Shown here piece after piece: positions 56,050 through 64,000 of a stretch of DNA of 64,000 nt. Location: assembly GCA_964355955.1 (NCBI GenBank), contig CAYHFQ010000001.1, positions 103,419 through 167,418 of the forward strand, in the 5' to 3' direction. The translations under genes were made by a program, and so were the position numbers. Each line of letters opens with the position of its first letter. Positions within the stretch are counted from its first letter, which is position 1. The notes under the pieces are model-generated. The model saw nothing but the letters and a program-made list of their open reading frames with translations, searched no databases and had not been told where the DNA came from. This DNA is from an uncultured Gammaproteobacteria bacterium. Lineage in GTDB: Bacteria > Patescibacteriota > Patescibacteriia > UBA9934.

Positions 56050-56324
56050 AGGCCGAAGGTTGAAGTGCTACTGCCAGAGAAGGGTAAAATTTCGATGACG
56101 GTGACGTTGTGCTGCCAGTCGATGTTGCTGACCATGACACCAACGACGCCGAGTACAGCTAGGTAACCACCAAAGTAGAGAAGAAGAATGACGGTGGTGC
56201 CGAAAGATTGCATGCCGAATTTAGCAATGTGGTAAATGTTGAAAAACATGTAAACGGTGGTGGCGAGCAGAATGACGGAGAAGGGTATCAGGAGATACCA
56301 GAGGGGGAAATGAAGGGTGTTCAT
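56046..56324 (-). CDS. Small 2-TM membrane protein
   Basis: Two hydrophobic helices around FNIYHIAKFG; 4-nt overlap with the next gene. Confidence 0.75.
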   Translation of the reverse strand: MNTLHFPLWYLLIPFSVILLATTVYMFFNIYHIAKFGMQSFGTTVILLLYFGGYLAVLGVVGVMVSNIDWQHNVTVIEILPFSGSSTSTFGL

Positions 56325-56333
56325 ACGTGATCA

Positions 56334-56452
56334 TTAAGCCTTAATTTGTGGGTCCTGCCGCTGCGGACCCCGTTCGGTGCTCGCAAGCTGCGCGCCGCCC
56401 GGGGACCTCCCTCCGCGTCACCCACTAAAGGATTTCACGGTCATCGGCTTAA
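56334..56452. other. GC-rich nested hairpin element (family D, single copy)
   Basis: Nested stems TAAGCC/GGCTTA, GTGGGT/ACCCAC, GCGGA/TCCGC, CCCCG/CGGGG with a GCTCGCAAGC apex. Confidence 0.55.
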
Positions 56453-57478
56453 TTAATTTCGGGGATAGTCATACCCGAGGTCGGTGTAGTCGCGAACACT
56501 CGCGGTACGGCCGCGGGGGGTGCGTTCGAGGAAGCCGATTTGCAGGAGGAAGGGCTCGTAGATTTCTTCGATGGTGGCCATTTCTTCTTGGGTGGCGGCG
56601 GCCAAGGTGGTGAGGCCGACGGGGCCACCGGCGAACTTCTCGATGATGGTGGTGAGGAGGTGTCTGTCGACGTTGTCGAGACCTAATGGGTCAATGGCTA
56701 AAAGGTCGAGGGCGGCGTCGGCGACTTGTTCTGTGACCATACCGTCGTGGAGGATTTCGGCGTAGTCGCGAACACGTTTGAGCAAGCGGTTGGCAATGCG
56801 CGGGGTTCGCCTGGCGCGCGAGGCAATGCGTGAGGCGGCTCCTGTGGCTAATTGTACGCCTAAAATGCCGGCGCTGCGAGCCATGATGCGGCCGATTTCT
56901 TCGTCGGTGTAAAAGTCGAGGTGGTAAGTGGTGCCAAAGCGGTCGCGAAGTGGGGCAGAAAGCATGGAAAGGCGAGTAGTGGCGCCGATGATGGTGAAGG
57001 GGGCGAGGTCGAGGCGGAGGGTGCGGGCGCTTGGCCCTTTGCCGACGACGAGGTCGAGCGCAAAGTCTTCCATGGCGGGGTAGAGGACTTCTTCGATGGC
57101 GTGGTTCATGCGGTGGATTTCGTCGATGAAGAGAACGTCGCCAGCTTCGAGGTTGGTGAGAATGGCGGCCAAGTCGCCGACGCGTTCCAGGGCGGGGCCT
57201 GAGGTGACCTTTACTTTGGCGCCCATTTCGCCGCCGATGATATGGGCTAAGGTGGTTTTGCCGAGACCTGGGTTGCCGTAGAGAAGGACGTGTTCTAATG
57301 GAGCGCCACGCTTTTTGGCAGCGCCCATGAAGATGGTGAGGCTGTTTTTAAGATCTTCCTGGCCGACAAAGTCTTGCAAAGCGGCGGGGCGTAAGCCAAT
57401 TTCAAAGCGAGCCTCGTCGTTTTTAGCGGCTGGGGCGACCAGGGCTTCATCGTTACTCATTTCGTCCGCTTCAATCAT
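56453..57478 (-). CDS. ruvB: Holliday junction branch migration helicase RuvB
   Basis: LRP..L.DFVGQ, GNPGLGKTTLA, LFIDEIHR, GATTR, PLRDRFG, TPRGR. Start uncertain (57460-57496). Confidence 0.98.
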   Translation of the reverse strand: MIEADEMSNDEALVAPAAKNDEARFEIGLRPAALQDFVGQEDLKNSLTIFMGAAKKRGAPLEHVLLYGNPGLGKTTLAHIIGGEMGAKVKVTSGPALERVGDLAAILTNLEAGDVLFIDEIHRMNHAIEEVLYPAMEDFALDLVVGKGPSARTLRLDLAPFTIIGATTRLSMLSAPLRDRFGTTYHLDFYTDEEIGRIMARSAGILGVQLATGAASRIASRARRTPRIANRLLKRVRDYAEILHDGMVTEQVADAALDLLAIDPLGLDNVDRHLLTTIIEKFAGGPVGLTTLAAATQEEMATIEEIYEPFLLQIGFLERTPRGRTASVRDYTDLGYDYPRN

Positions 57479-57561
57479 AGTAGGTATATTGTACACTATC
57501 CGTGGGGCTCTTTGCCTTTTTCTATAATAATAGTAGACTGTAGCTGTTCACGAGTTACCCA

Positions 57562-57647
57562 GCCGGGGTGGCGAAATGGTATACGCAAGACACTTAAAAT
57601 GTCTGGATCGTAAGGTCGTGCGGGTTCGACTCCCGCCCCTGGCACCA
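57562..57647 (+). tRNA. tRNA-Leu(TAA)
   Basis: GCCGGGG acceptor stem, AGACA-CT-TAA-AA-TGTCT anticodon arm, variable arm, encoded CCA. Confidence 0.97.
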
Positions 57648-57662
57648 AGTTTTTAAAATATT

Positions 57663-58157
57663 ATGGATAAGCAATACCGTCCGAATGCCGCCGTGTTAAT
57701 TACCGATGGTAGCGGGCGGATTTTGTTGTGTGAGAGAATCGATACAGCCCCCTCCATCTCCCCCATGGCTGGGGGAGGGTTACAAGTGCAAACGGTGCAG
57801 GGTGGTGTCGACCATGGTGAGACGGCTAGAGAGGCGGCGGTGAGAGAGGTTCGTGAAGAAGTTGGGTTAAAGCCGGAGCAGTTTACGATCATTGCGGAAC
57901 AGGCGGAGAAGTTTAGGTATGAATGGCCCGAGGATTATAAGGCGAGATTCCCGCCGGGCATTGTGGATGAATTTGTGGGGCAAGAGCAGACCTTCTTTTT
58001 GGCGCAGGTGGAGCCTGACGTGGTTTTCGACTTAGAAACGCATCACCCGGAGTTTAGCAGGGTATGGTGGGGGAGTCCGCAGGAATTGGTTGACCAGTGT
58101 TGGGAGGTGAAGAGACCGGGGATAGAGAGGGCGTTAAAGGATTTTGGATTGCTGTAA
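57663..58157 (+). CDS. NUDIX hydrolase, RppH-like
   Basis: YRPNAAV, QGGVDHGETAREAAVREVREEVG Nudix box, GQEQTFF, PEF. Confidence 0.9.
   Translation: MDKQYRPNAAVLITDGSGRILLCERIDTAPSISPMAGGGLQVQTVQGGVDHGETAREAAVREVREEVGLKPEQFTIIAEQAEKFRYEWPEDYKARFPPGIVDEFVGQEQTFFLAQVEPDVVFDLETHHPEFSRVWWGSPQELVDQCWEVKRPGIERALKDFGLL
57746..57779 (+). repeat. Palindromic element family E inside the NUDIX gene
   Basis: AGCCCCCTCCATCTCCCCCATGGCTGGGGGAGGG, read as APSISPMAGGG. Confidence 0.92.
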
Positions 58158-58162
58158 TGATA

Positions 58163-58981
58163 TTAGCGCACTTCGATGATGGGTGTGCCGGCGGCGGGGG
58201 TGTAGAGCGTGGCGCAGTGATTTTTGTAGAGGAGTTTGTCTGAGAGAAGTCGGCCAGTGCGCTTGTTGAAGCTTTTGCGATAAATAGCGTTCTCGCGGAA
58301 GATGCGGTCAGTTTTTTTGGATTGGGTGAAACGGTGGCCTACTTCATGGATTTTGTAGGAGATGGGGGTGAGGGCAGAAGAGCGAATTTCACCGCGTAGA
58401 TGAGTAGCGTCGACGGCAATAGTTATTTGGAAGGTGAGTTTGGTAGGATTGTAAAATTGGAGGTCGACGTAGTTGTAATAAACAGCAGCGCCAGTGCCGA
58501 AGGGCAGGACGCGACCGGAGTCGGGGAAGATGTCGTAACTGTGACGATGACGTTCGGTAACAACAAGCGGGGAATGAAGAGCCATCCAGTAGAGTAAATT
58601 TGCTGATTGACAGAGGCCGCCGCCGATGCCTTCCATGACTTTGCCGTTACTCAGCAGCATACCGGTAACGTAGCCCTTTTGTTTGGTAGCCCAGCCGATA
58701 GTGCGCCAAAAAGAGAAGGTTTCGCCTGGTTTGATGATGATATTATTGATTTTGGCGGAGGCGAGTCTGAGATTAATTATTTTGTTTTGTTGGAGGCGTT
58801 GGTCTGAGTCGCCAAGCTTGCGGAGAAGGACGGATTCGTGGGAGGCGACATGATACGGAAGAGGTATTGCTTGCTTGGTGGTAGCGAGATTCTGGACGAA
58901 GACCCACCGTAGCCAACGTAATAGGCGATAACGCCAAATACTAACAATATAAAGAAAAGGGAACCGTTGACCAAGTTTCAT
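58163..58981 (-). CDS. VanW-family protein
   Basis: IKPGETFSFW, GIGGGLCQ, ERHRHS, YNYVDLQFYN; start MKLGQ at 58981. Confidence 0.9.
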   Translation of the reverse strand: MKLGQRFPFLYIVSIWRYRLLRWLRWVFVQNLATTKQAIPLPYHVASHESVLLRKLGDSDQRLQQNKIINLRLASAKINNIIIKPGETFSFWRTIGWATKQKGYVTGMLLSNGKVMEGIGGGLCQSANLLYWMALHSPLVVTERHRHSYDIFPDSGRVLPFGTGAAVYYNYVDLQFYNPTKLTFQITIAVDATHLRGEIRSSALTPISYKIHEVGHRFTQSKKTDRIFRENAIYRKSFNKRTGRLLSDKLLYKNHCATLYTPAAGTPIIEVR

Positions 58982-58983
58982 AA

Positions 58984-60000
58984 TTAATTGCGGTTCCAAG
59001 TTTGAGTAGCGGGGACGGGGAAGGTGCCGAGGGAAGGTTGGCGGTTGTGGATGCTGATGGCGACGGGGGTGATGGTGATGTTTGTGTCGGTGATAGTGAT
59101 TTGCAGCATCATGCCCTGAGTGGTGGCGACCGACCAATCTTGGTCGAAGACGAAGTTGCCGAGGGAGTAAGCGACGGGAATGCCGCTGACGGTATTGATT
59201 GGCTCGATGATGTGCGGATGAGCACCGACGATGAGATCCGCACCGGCATCGACGAACATTTGAGCAGCGTCGACCTGGGCGGGGGAGGGTTCAATTTGAT
59301 ACTCGTTGCCCCAGTGTGGCATGACGATGACGAAGTTGCCGGCGGCTTTTTCTGCGATGATGGCAGTAGCGATTGTTTGAGGCTCTTCGAGAAAGGCGTG
59401 GAAGCCGATGAGGGCTATGTTCAGGCCCCCACTAACTCCCCCATAGCTGGGGGAGGACTTCCAGTGGACGATGTGAAGTTGGCTCTCGACTGGGTCGCCG
59501 AAAGTTTGCAGGCCGAGATTGGTTAGAGCTTGATGGGTAGCTGTAGTGACTGCTGAACCGAAGTCGTCACCGTGGTTGTTGGCGAGGGAGAGATTTGTGA
59601 AGCCAGCGTTTTTGAGGCCGACTATGGAGGATGGCAGGGTGTCGAAGGCTAAGACCTCGCCTTCGTAGCGATAGGCGTCACGAATGGTACTTTCGAAGTT
59701 GCCGATAACGAGGTCGGAACCTGACCATTGATCTTTGATGGCGGCGAAGGGATAGTCGACGCCGTTTTTGATGATGGCTTTCTCGACTTCGCGAGCCAGC
59801 ATGATGTCGCCGACGAAGGTGATTTTAACAGAGGAAGGGGTGGTAGATGGTAGATTGTAGAAAGTAGAAGGCTCAGTAATCGAGTTTGAAGTTGTTTTGT
59901 CAGAAGCTGAGGAGGTGCTGGCGGTGACAGCAAAGCCGGCCCAGATGAAAATGAGGGGGAGAAAGATAAGGCCGAAAATGAGGGGGAGGCGACGAAACAT
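58984..60000 (-). CDS. CapA/PGA_cap-family metallophosphatase-like protein
   Basis: FVGDIML, GNFES, LANNH, PHWGNEY, GAHPH, YSLGNFVFDQ; start 60000 because the longer ORF overlaps tRNA-Gly. Confidence 0.92.
   Translation of the reverse strand: MFRRLPLIFGLIFLPLIFIWAGFAVTASTSSASDKTTSNSITEPSTFYNLPSTTPSSVKITFVGDIMLAREVEKAIIKNGVDYPFAAIKDQWSGSDLVIGNFESTIRDAYRYEGEVLAFDTLPSSIVGLKNAGFTNLSLANNHGDDFGSAVTTATHQALTNLGLQTFGDPVESQLHIVHWKSSPSYGGVSGGLNIALIGFHAFLEEPQTIATAIIAEKAAGNFVIVMPHWGNEYQIEPSPAQVDAAQMFVDAGADLIVGAHPHIIEPINTVSGIPVAYSLGNFVFDQDWSVATTQGMMLQITITDTNITITPVAISIHNRQPSLGTFPVPATQTWNRN
59424..59457 (+). repeat. Palindromic element family E inside the capA-like gene
   Basis: GGCCCCCACTAACTCCCCCATAGCTGGGGGAGGA, read as SSPSYGGVSGG. 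Confidence 0.88.
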
Positions 60001-60062
60001 AAGGAGAGTATAAGCTAGAAAAGGTGAAGTAACAAAAAATACCAGCCGAGGCTGGAATCTTT

Positions 60063-60137
<75 letters not shown>

Positions 60138-60141
60138 CCGG

Positions 60142-60271
60142 TTTAGTCCTTCCGCATTTGGCCTATTTTGGGCTTACAACTGCGCCAACTCGTTCACCGT
60201 ATAGATTACTATACGCCTCACGAGCTTGGCTGGTTGCGCACCCAAACTAGTCTCAAACGTGAAAGTCCTAA
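60142..60271. repeat. Structured repeat family B, copy 2
   Basis: TGGCCTATTTTGGGCTT...GCCTCA..AGCT...CGCACCCAAACTAGTC, as at 10369-10460; lies in the tRNA-Gly leader. Confidence 0.8.
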
Positions 60272-60355
60272 GTTATTGTGAAAGGTTACTATAACCATTT
60301 GCGGGGGAAATATAGCATTGCTTGGGTTTTGCGTCAATTGCCGAGGGTGGCGCGA

Positions 60356-60628
60356 TTATTTGGCGAATTCTAGGCGAGCGACTTTGAGTTCGACGTAGTT
60401 TAGCCGTTCACCATTAACCTTTACTTGTGGATCGAGACGGTCTAGAACTTGCATGTTGTGCAGGGATTGTTGGGCTAACGTCTCTAATAATCCTTCATGT
60501 TGATCTAGTTTTGTTTCATGACGGTTAACGGTAGTGGCAATGACATCTAATAAGGCATCGGTATGATCAAAACGAAGCATAAGGACGTCGTAAAGCTCGG
60601 CGATGGTTGTTGGTTTAGTATTAAGCAT
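60356..60628 (-). CDS. Small coiled-coil hypothetical protein
   Basis: Heptad pattern over 90 aa. Confidence 0.7.
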   Translation of the reverse strand: MLNTKPTTIAELYDVLMLRFDHTDALLDVIATTVNRHETKLDQHEGLLETLAQQSLHNMQVLDRLDPQVKVNGERLNYVELKVARLEFAK

Positions 60629-60712
60629 AGAGATTATTATTTTTTATTATAGCACTTCGGGGGAGGAGAGCTAGAGCTGCTCTTCCTCCCCGTTTGGGCT
60701 ATTTAGTTCCGG

Positions 60713-60958
60713 TTAAGCAGCAACGGCGACCTGAACACCAGCACCTTTTTTAGCCTGCTGTGCGTGCAGCCAGGCAACACCACTTTTACAGCCGGCTTTG
60801 AATTGTTCGCGAGCAACTTCCAGGGTGAGAATGCGGAATTCTGTGCTGATATCTTCTGGGAGATCAAAACGTCGGACGACTTCTTGAACTTTGTCGACGA
60901 GGGTGAAGTACCAACCTGGTTTACCTGCAGTAGCTGAAGTTGCTTTTTGGATGGCCAT
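60713..60958 (-). CDS. Small hypothetical protein
   Basis: 81-aa ORF following the lamin-tail gene; terminator-like hairpin at about 60658-60692. Confidence 0.7.
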   Translation of the reverse strand: MAIQKATSATAGKPGWYFTLVDKVQEVVRRFDLPEDISTEFRILTLEVAREQFKAGCKSGVAWLHAQQAKKGAGVQVAVAA

Positions 60959-60969
60959 ATAATTTATAG

Positions 60970-63507
60970 TTAGACGGAAGGAATCAGAGTGCGTGATTTA
61001 GTGAACCAGTAACCGAAGGCACCGAGAGAGCTAGCTACAAGACCGCCACCAGCTAGAGGTTTAAGAGGGATGGGGGTTGAATGTTTAGTGTTAGCGGCAG
61101 CAGAGATAGCGGCGGAATGATCTTCGACAACATCGGCAGTAGTGCGAGGCATGAGAACGTCTTCATTGCCTAAGTGGCGGAGAATGCCGGTGATGGTTAG
61201 CTCCGAGGAGGTGAGGGACGACCAAATGATGCCAGTGGTTTTGTAGGCGTCGATAATGACGTCGTGGCCGTCGACTTTGAGAGTGAGCTTTGAACCATTG
61301 CGAGTAACGACGGTACCGTGAACGGTAATGAGTGATGGTTCGGTTGAGGCGCTGAGGTCGGTTGAGGACGTCAGTTCTGCGTTGCCAGTTATGGTGATAG
61401 CAGAAGCGTTAGATAGTTTAATGCGTTGTTCGCCGTTCGCGGTAGAGGTAATGCCGGTGATGGTGATGATGTCGCCGAGGGCGAGAGCTGGCCAGTCGGC
61501 GTTGTCCATGTAGAGAGTGGCGCCATTAATGAAGGCGATCTGCTTGCCGAAGGTGCCTGGTGTGGCAATGATTGTGCCTTGGTAGGTAACTAGGATGTTG
61601 TCGGCAACGCCCGTGAGGGTGGTGATTAGTTGTGGTGCTTTGCTGACTTTGGTGGATTTCTTTTTGGTTGTTGCTTTAGTAGCTACTTTGGTGACAGATG
61701 TCTTGGTGACAGTTAATTTAGGGGCTGTAATTTGTTTAGTTGTTGATGAAGCGTTGATTGATGTGGTGGTGACTGGAGCGAGTTTAACGGCCGTCCCGCT
61801 CTGATTGGTTATTGGGTTTGTGTCACCACTCAGGGCAGAGGTGGTTAAAGTTGAGCTTTGACTGAGCTCGACGATTACAGGCGGCTCGACTGCTGGTGAG
61901 ACTTCGCTAATAATGGAATTAGACGAGCCTGGAGTTGGGGTGGTGGAGAGGAGCCAAGCGTCACCTGTACGGCTGAGACTTGCGTCGTGTTTAGGGGCGG
62001 CGAGGAATGACGTGCCGTAGCTGACGGTGTCGACGAGTTGACCTGAGGCGTCGAAGAGATTCAGTGTGTCGCCATCGTTGTTGAGTTTGCCACTTGGGTT
62101 CAGAATGGTTTGGTAGCCGCCAGCGAGAATGGTATCGGTGAAAGCTGTGACTTGGCCGGAGGCGTCCGTGATTGAATAGCCGCTCAGTTCGACGTCAACA
62201 GGATTGGGGTTGTAGACTTCCACCCATTCGTCAAAACCGGTACTGGGAGAGGGGAGGAATTCGTTGAGCACGAGGGGCATAAGTGAGGGCTGAGTGGCGG
62301 GTTGGCTGAGTGGCGGGGTGGTGGATTCAGTGATTGATTCGGGGATGATGGGTGTTATGCTTGGCTCGGCGATAACAGGAGAGTCGAGAATTGGTGTTGT
62401 AACAATTGTTTCGAGGATTGGTTCGCTAATTGGCTCGGCGATAGGTGCGGCGACGATTGGAGCTGAGTCAATTATGGGTTCGGTTGTGGTCAGAATAGGC
62501 GTTTCGGTAATGGTTGACGCTTCGACGATGCTGTTCTGATCGGTAGCGGGGGTGTCGACAATTAGCTCGGGTGGGATGGCCTGTACCTCGATGGTGATTA
62601 TAGGATCGGTGGGGATGACAATGATGTCAGTTGAGGCTGCACTTGGTTCGGTGAGAACGACAGGCTCGGGAATAAGTATTGGGTCGGTCACAACTGGCAT
62701 GGGCGTGAGGGTGTCGGTGATGATGAAATCTGGCGTTGGCTCTGCCGGTAAGACATCCGCTGGCCCCTCCATGGCTGGAGGGGGATATTCGGGTGAGGTG
62801 GTGATTGACTCCGTGACAACTGGCTCGGGAGAAACGAGGGTATTGATGATTGGTTCGGGGATTGGTGCAATCACAGGTTCGACGATCAATGCAGGATCAG
62901 GAATGGGCCCAGTAGTAGTCAGCGGAGCTGCCACTACGGGCTGAACGAAGCCTGGAGAGCCGAGTTGGGTAGCGTCGATGAGGTTGATTGATGAGGAGGG
63001 ATTTTGCCAGGTCAGAGTGGCTAGATTGCGCTCCATGGAGGAGAAGATGGGCGTGGTGCTGCCGTAATCTGGGGTGCCAGCGTCGACTAAACTGTCCACC
63101 ACGAGGTCGGAAGTGTCGAGAAGTGAGAGGGTTAATTTAGTGTTCGGCAGGCTAATGGCGGTTGTCACATAATCGGCCTGATTGACGAGGGTGGAGACAT
63201 CGCTCGGGGCGTAGTTGGCGATGAGGAAGGTACTGTAAGCGGGTATGGTTGACCCTTGGGGGAGGGTTAGATTAGTGCTGCTCGTGCCAGCGCCGGTTAT
63301 GTTCCATCCACTGAGATCGATGGGGCTTCCTCCAAGATTGGCCAGCTCCAGCCACTCGTCGGAGCTATTTCGCAGGCTTCCTCCCCAGTCCACTTCCGAG
63401 AAGAAGATTCCTGGTGGTGGCTCCGCCGCACGGGCGGATAGAGTAAGCAGAGGGGACAGCAACCCGACAAATACAAAGCTTGTGCAGAGGACATATAATG
63501 ATTTCAT
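60970..63507 (-). CDS. Surface protein: two lamin-tail domains, Pro/Thr/Ile-rich stalk, OB-fold-like region, C-terminal membrane anchor
   Basis: FFSEVDW...DEWLELAN and LNEFLPSP...EWVEVYNP...LNNDGD...TPG; signal peptide; hydrophobic C-terminus. Confidence 0.85.
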   Translation of the reverse strand: MKSLYVLCTSFVFVGLLSPLLTLSARAAEPPPGIFFSEVDWGGSLRNSSDEWLELANLGGSPIDLSGWNITGAGTSSTNLTLPQGSTIPAYSTFLIANYAPSDVSTLVNQADYVTTAISLPNTKLTLSLLDTSDLVVDSLVDAGTPDYGSTTPIFSSMERNLATLTWQNPSSSINLIDATQLGSPGFVQPVVAAPLTTTGPIPDPALIVEPVIAPIPEPIINTLVSPEPVVTESITTSPEYPPPAMEGPADVLPAEPTPDFIITDTLTPMPVVTDPILIPEPVVLTEPSAASTDIIVIPTDPIITIEVQAIPPELIVDTPATDQNSIVEASTITETPILTTTEPIIDSAPIVAAPIAEPISEPILETIVTTPILDSPVIAEPSITPIIPESITESTTPPLSQPATQPSLMPLVLNEFLPSPSTGFDEWVEVYNPNPVDVELSGYSITDASGQVTAFTDTILAGGYQTILNPSGKLNNDGDTLNLFDASGQLVDTVSYGTSFLAAPKHDASLSRTGDAWLLSTTPTPGSSNSIISEVSPAVEPPVIVELSQSSTLTTSALSGDTNPITNQSGTAVKLAPVTTTSINASSTTKQITAPKLTVTKTSVTKVATKATTKKKSTKVSKAPQLITTLTGVADNILVTYQGTIIATPGTFGKQIAFINGATLYMDNADWPALALGDIITITGITSTANGEQRIKLSNASAITITGNAELTSSTDLSASTEPSLITVHGTVVTRNGSKLTLKVDGHDVIIDAYKTTGIIWSSLTSSELTITGILRHLGNEDVLMPRTTADVVEDHSAAISAAANTKHSTPIPLKPLAGGGLVASSLGAFGYWFTKSRTLIPSV
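62762..62785 (+). repeat. Partial family E element inside the lamin-tail gene
   Basis: CCCCTCCA-TGGC-TGGAGGGG hairpin with the same CCATGGCTGG core, read as PPPAMEG. Confidence 0.6.
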
Positions 63508-63745
63508 AGGAGATTAAATTGTGAATGAACGGCGCGCCGGCAAAGCAAACTCCCCGTAGTTCAAAACAACATACGGGGAGGTATGGGGCTTCGAACTACG
63601 GGGAGTAGTTTGTAGTTATATTGTCCCAAGCACACGAAATGTCGTCAAGCGATTTGATGGTGGATAAGTGGTCTACCTCAGACGTATACGTTTGACGTAG
63701 ACCAGAACATTGCAAAATTGGCCAGAAAAAGTATGATACTGCCAC

Positions 63746-63826
63746 GGGCGGATGGTGAAATGGTAGACACGCATGCCTTAGGAGCATGTGCCGCAAGGTA
63801 TGAGAGTTCGAGTCTCTCTCCGCCCA
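63746..63826 (+). tRNA. tRNA-Leu(TAG), CCA not encoded
   Basis: GGGCGGA acceptor stem, CATGC-CT-TAG-GA-GCATG anticodon arm, variable arm; GAG follows the discriminator base. Confidence 0.95.
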
Positions 63827-63828
63827 GA

Positions 63829-63936
63829 GCGACTTTACCCAGCGGTCTACCGCGCGGGTTCGTAACGAACTAGCTCACCCTTGCTCGCGACACGCTGGCC
63901 AGTCGCTTCGCCTCGCTGAAGCTCGGCGGGGGCTCG
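63829..63936. repeat. Structured repeat family C, copy 2
   Basis: Matches 44451-44558, with compensatory change CCGGCG/CGCCGG to CCAGCG/CGCTGG. Confidence 0.88.
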
Positions 63937-64000
63937 GGAGCTCGACTTGCTCCGCATTCAAACTCATCACAAAACTGAAAGTTTTCTATTGATCCTGTTG

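Noticed and set aside
58982-59137. His-rich N-terminal extension of VanW
   Set aside because: Out-of-frame read of the capA 3' end; the real start is 58981.

Overview
Origin-proximal 64 kb of a bacterial chromosome, code 11. It is most likely a Patescibacteria/CPR genome (Parcubacteria ABY1, Uhrbacteria-like); this is inferred from gene content and not tested. The window opens with yidD-rnpA-rpmH / dnaA-dnaN and DnaA-box clusters on both sides of dnaA. It then carries cell-wall and surface genes (PBP1A, 3D protein, SpoIID, S11 peptidase, VanW, CapA, flippase, O-antigen ligase, GH6, lamin-tail protein), iscS-ferredoxin-reductase, PGI/PMI, galU, six tandem VirB2/TrbC-like pilins, a two-component system, pyrB, ruvB, a toxin-antitoxin pair and five tRNAs. 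No CRISPR, rRNA, transposase or integrase was seen. The most striking unexplained signals are: (1) a ~34-bp palindromic element inserted in frame into five unrelated protein genes in three different reading frames; (2) several families of 110-170-bp long-hairpin intergenic repeats with compensatory base changes, all in one strand polarity regardless of flanking gene direction; (3) six GC-rich orphan genes, most with Shine-Dalgarno sites and several with near-consensus promoters, in a genome whose native genes look leaderless; (4) a ~9-10 kb block with reversed strand skew that holds the pilin array; (5) a candidate attenuator upstream of pyrB. All calls were made by eye, with no database searches.
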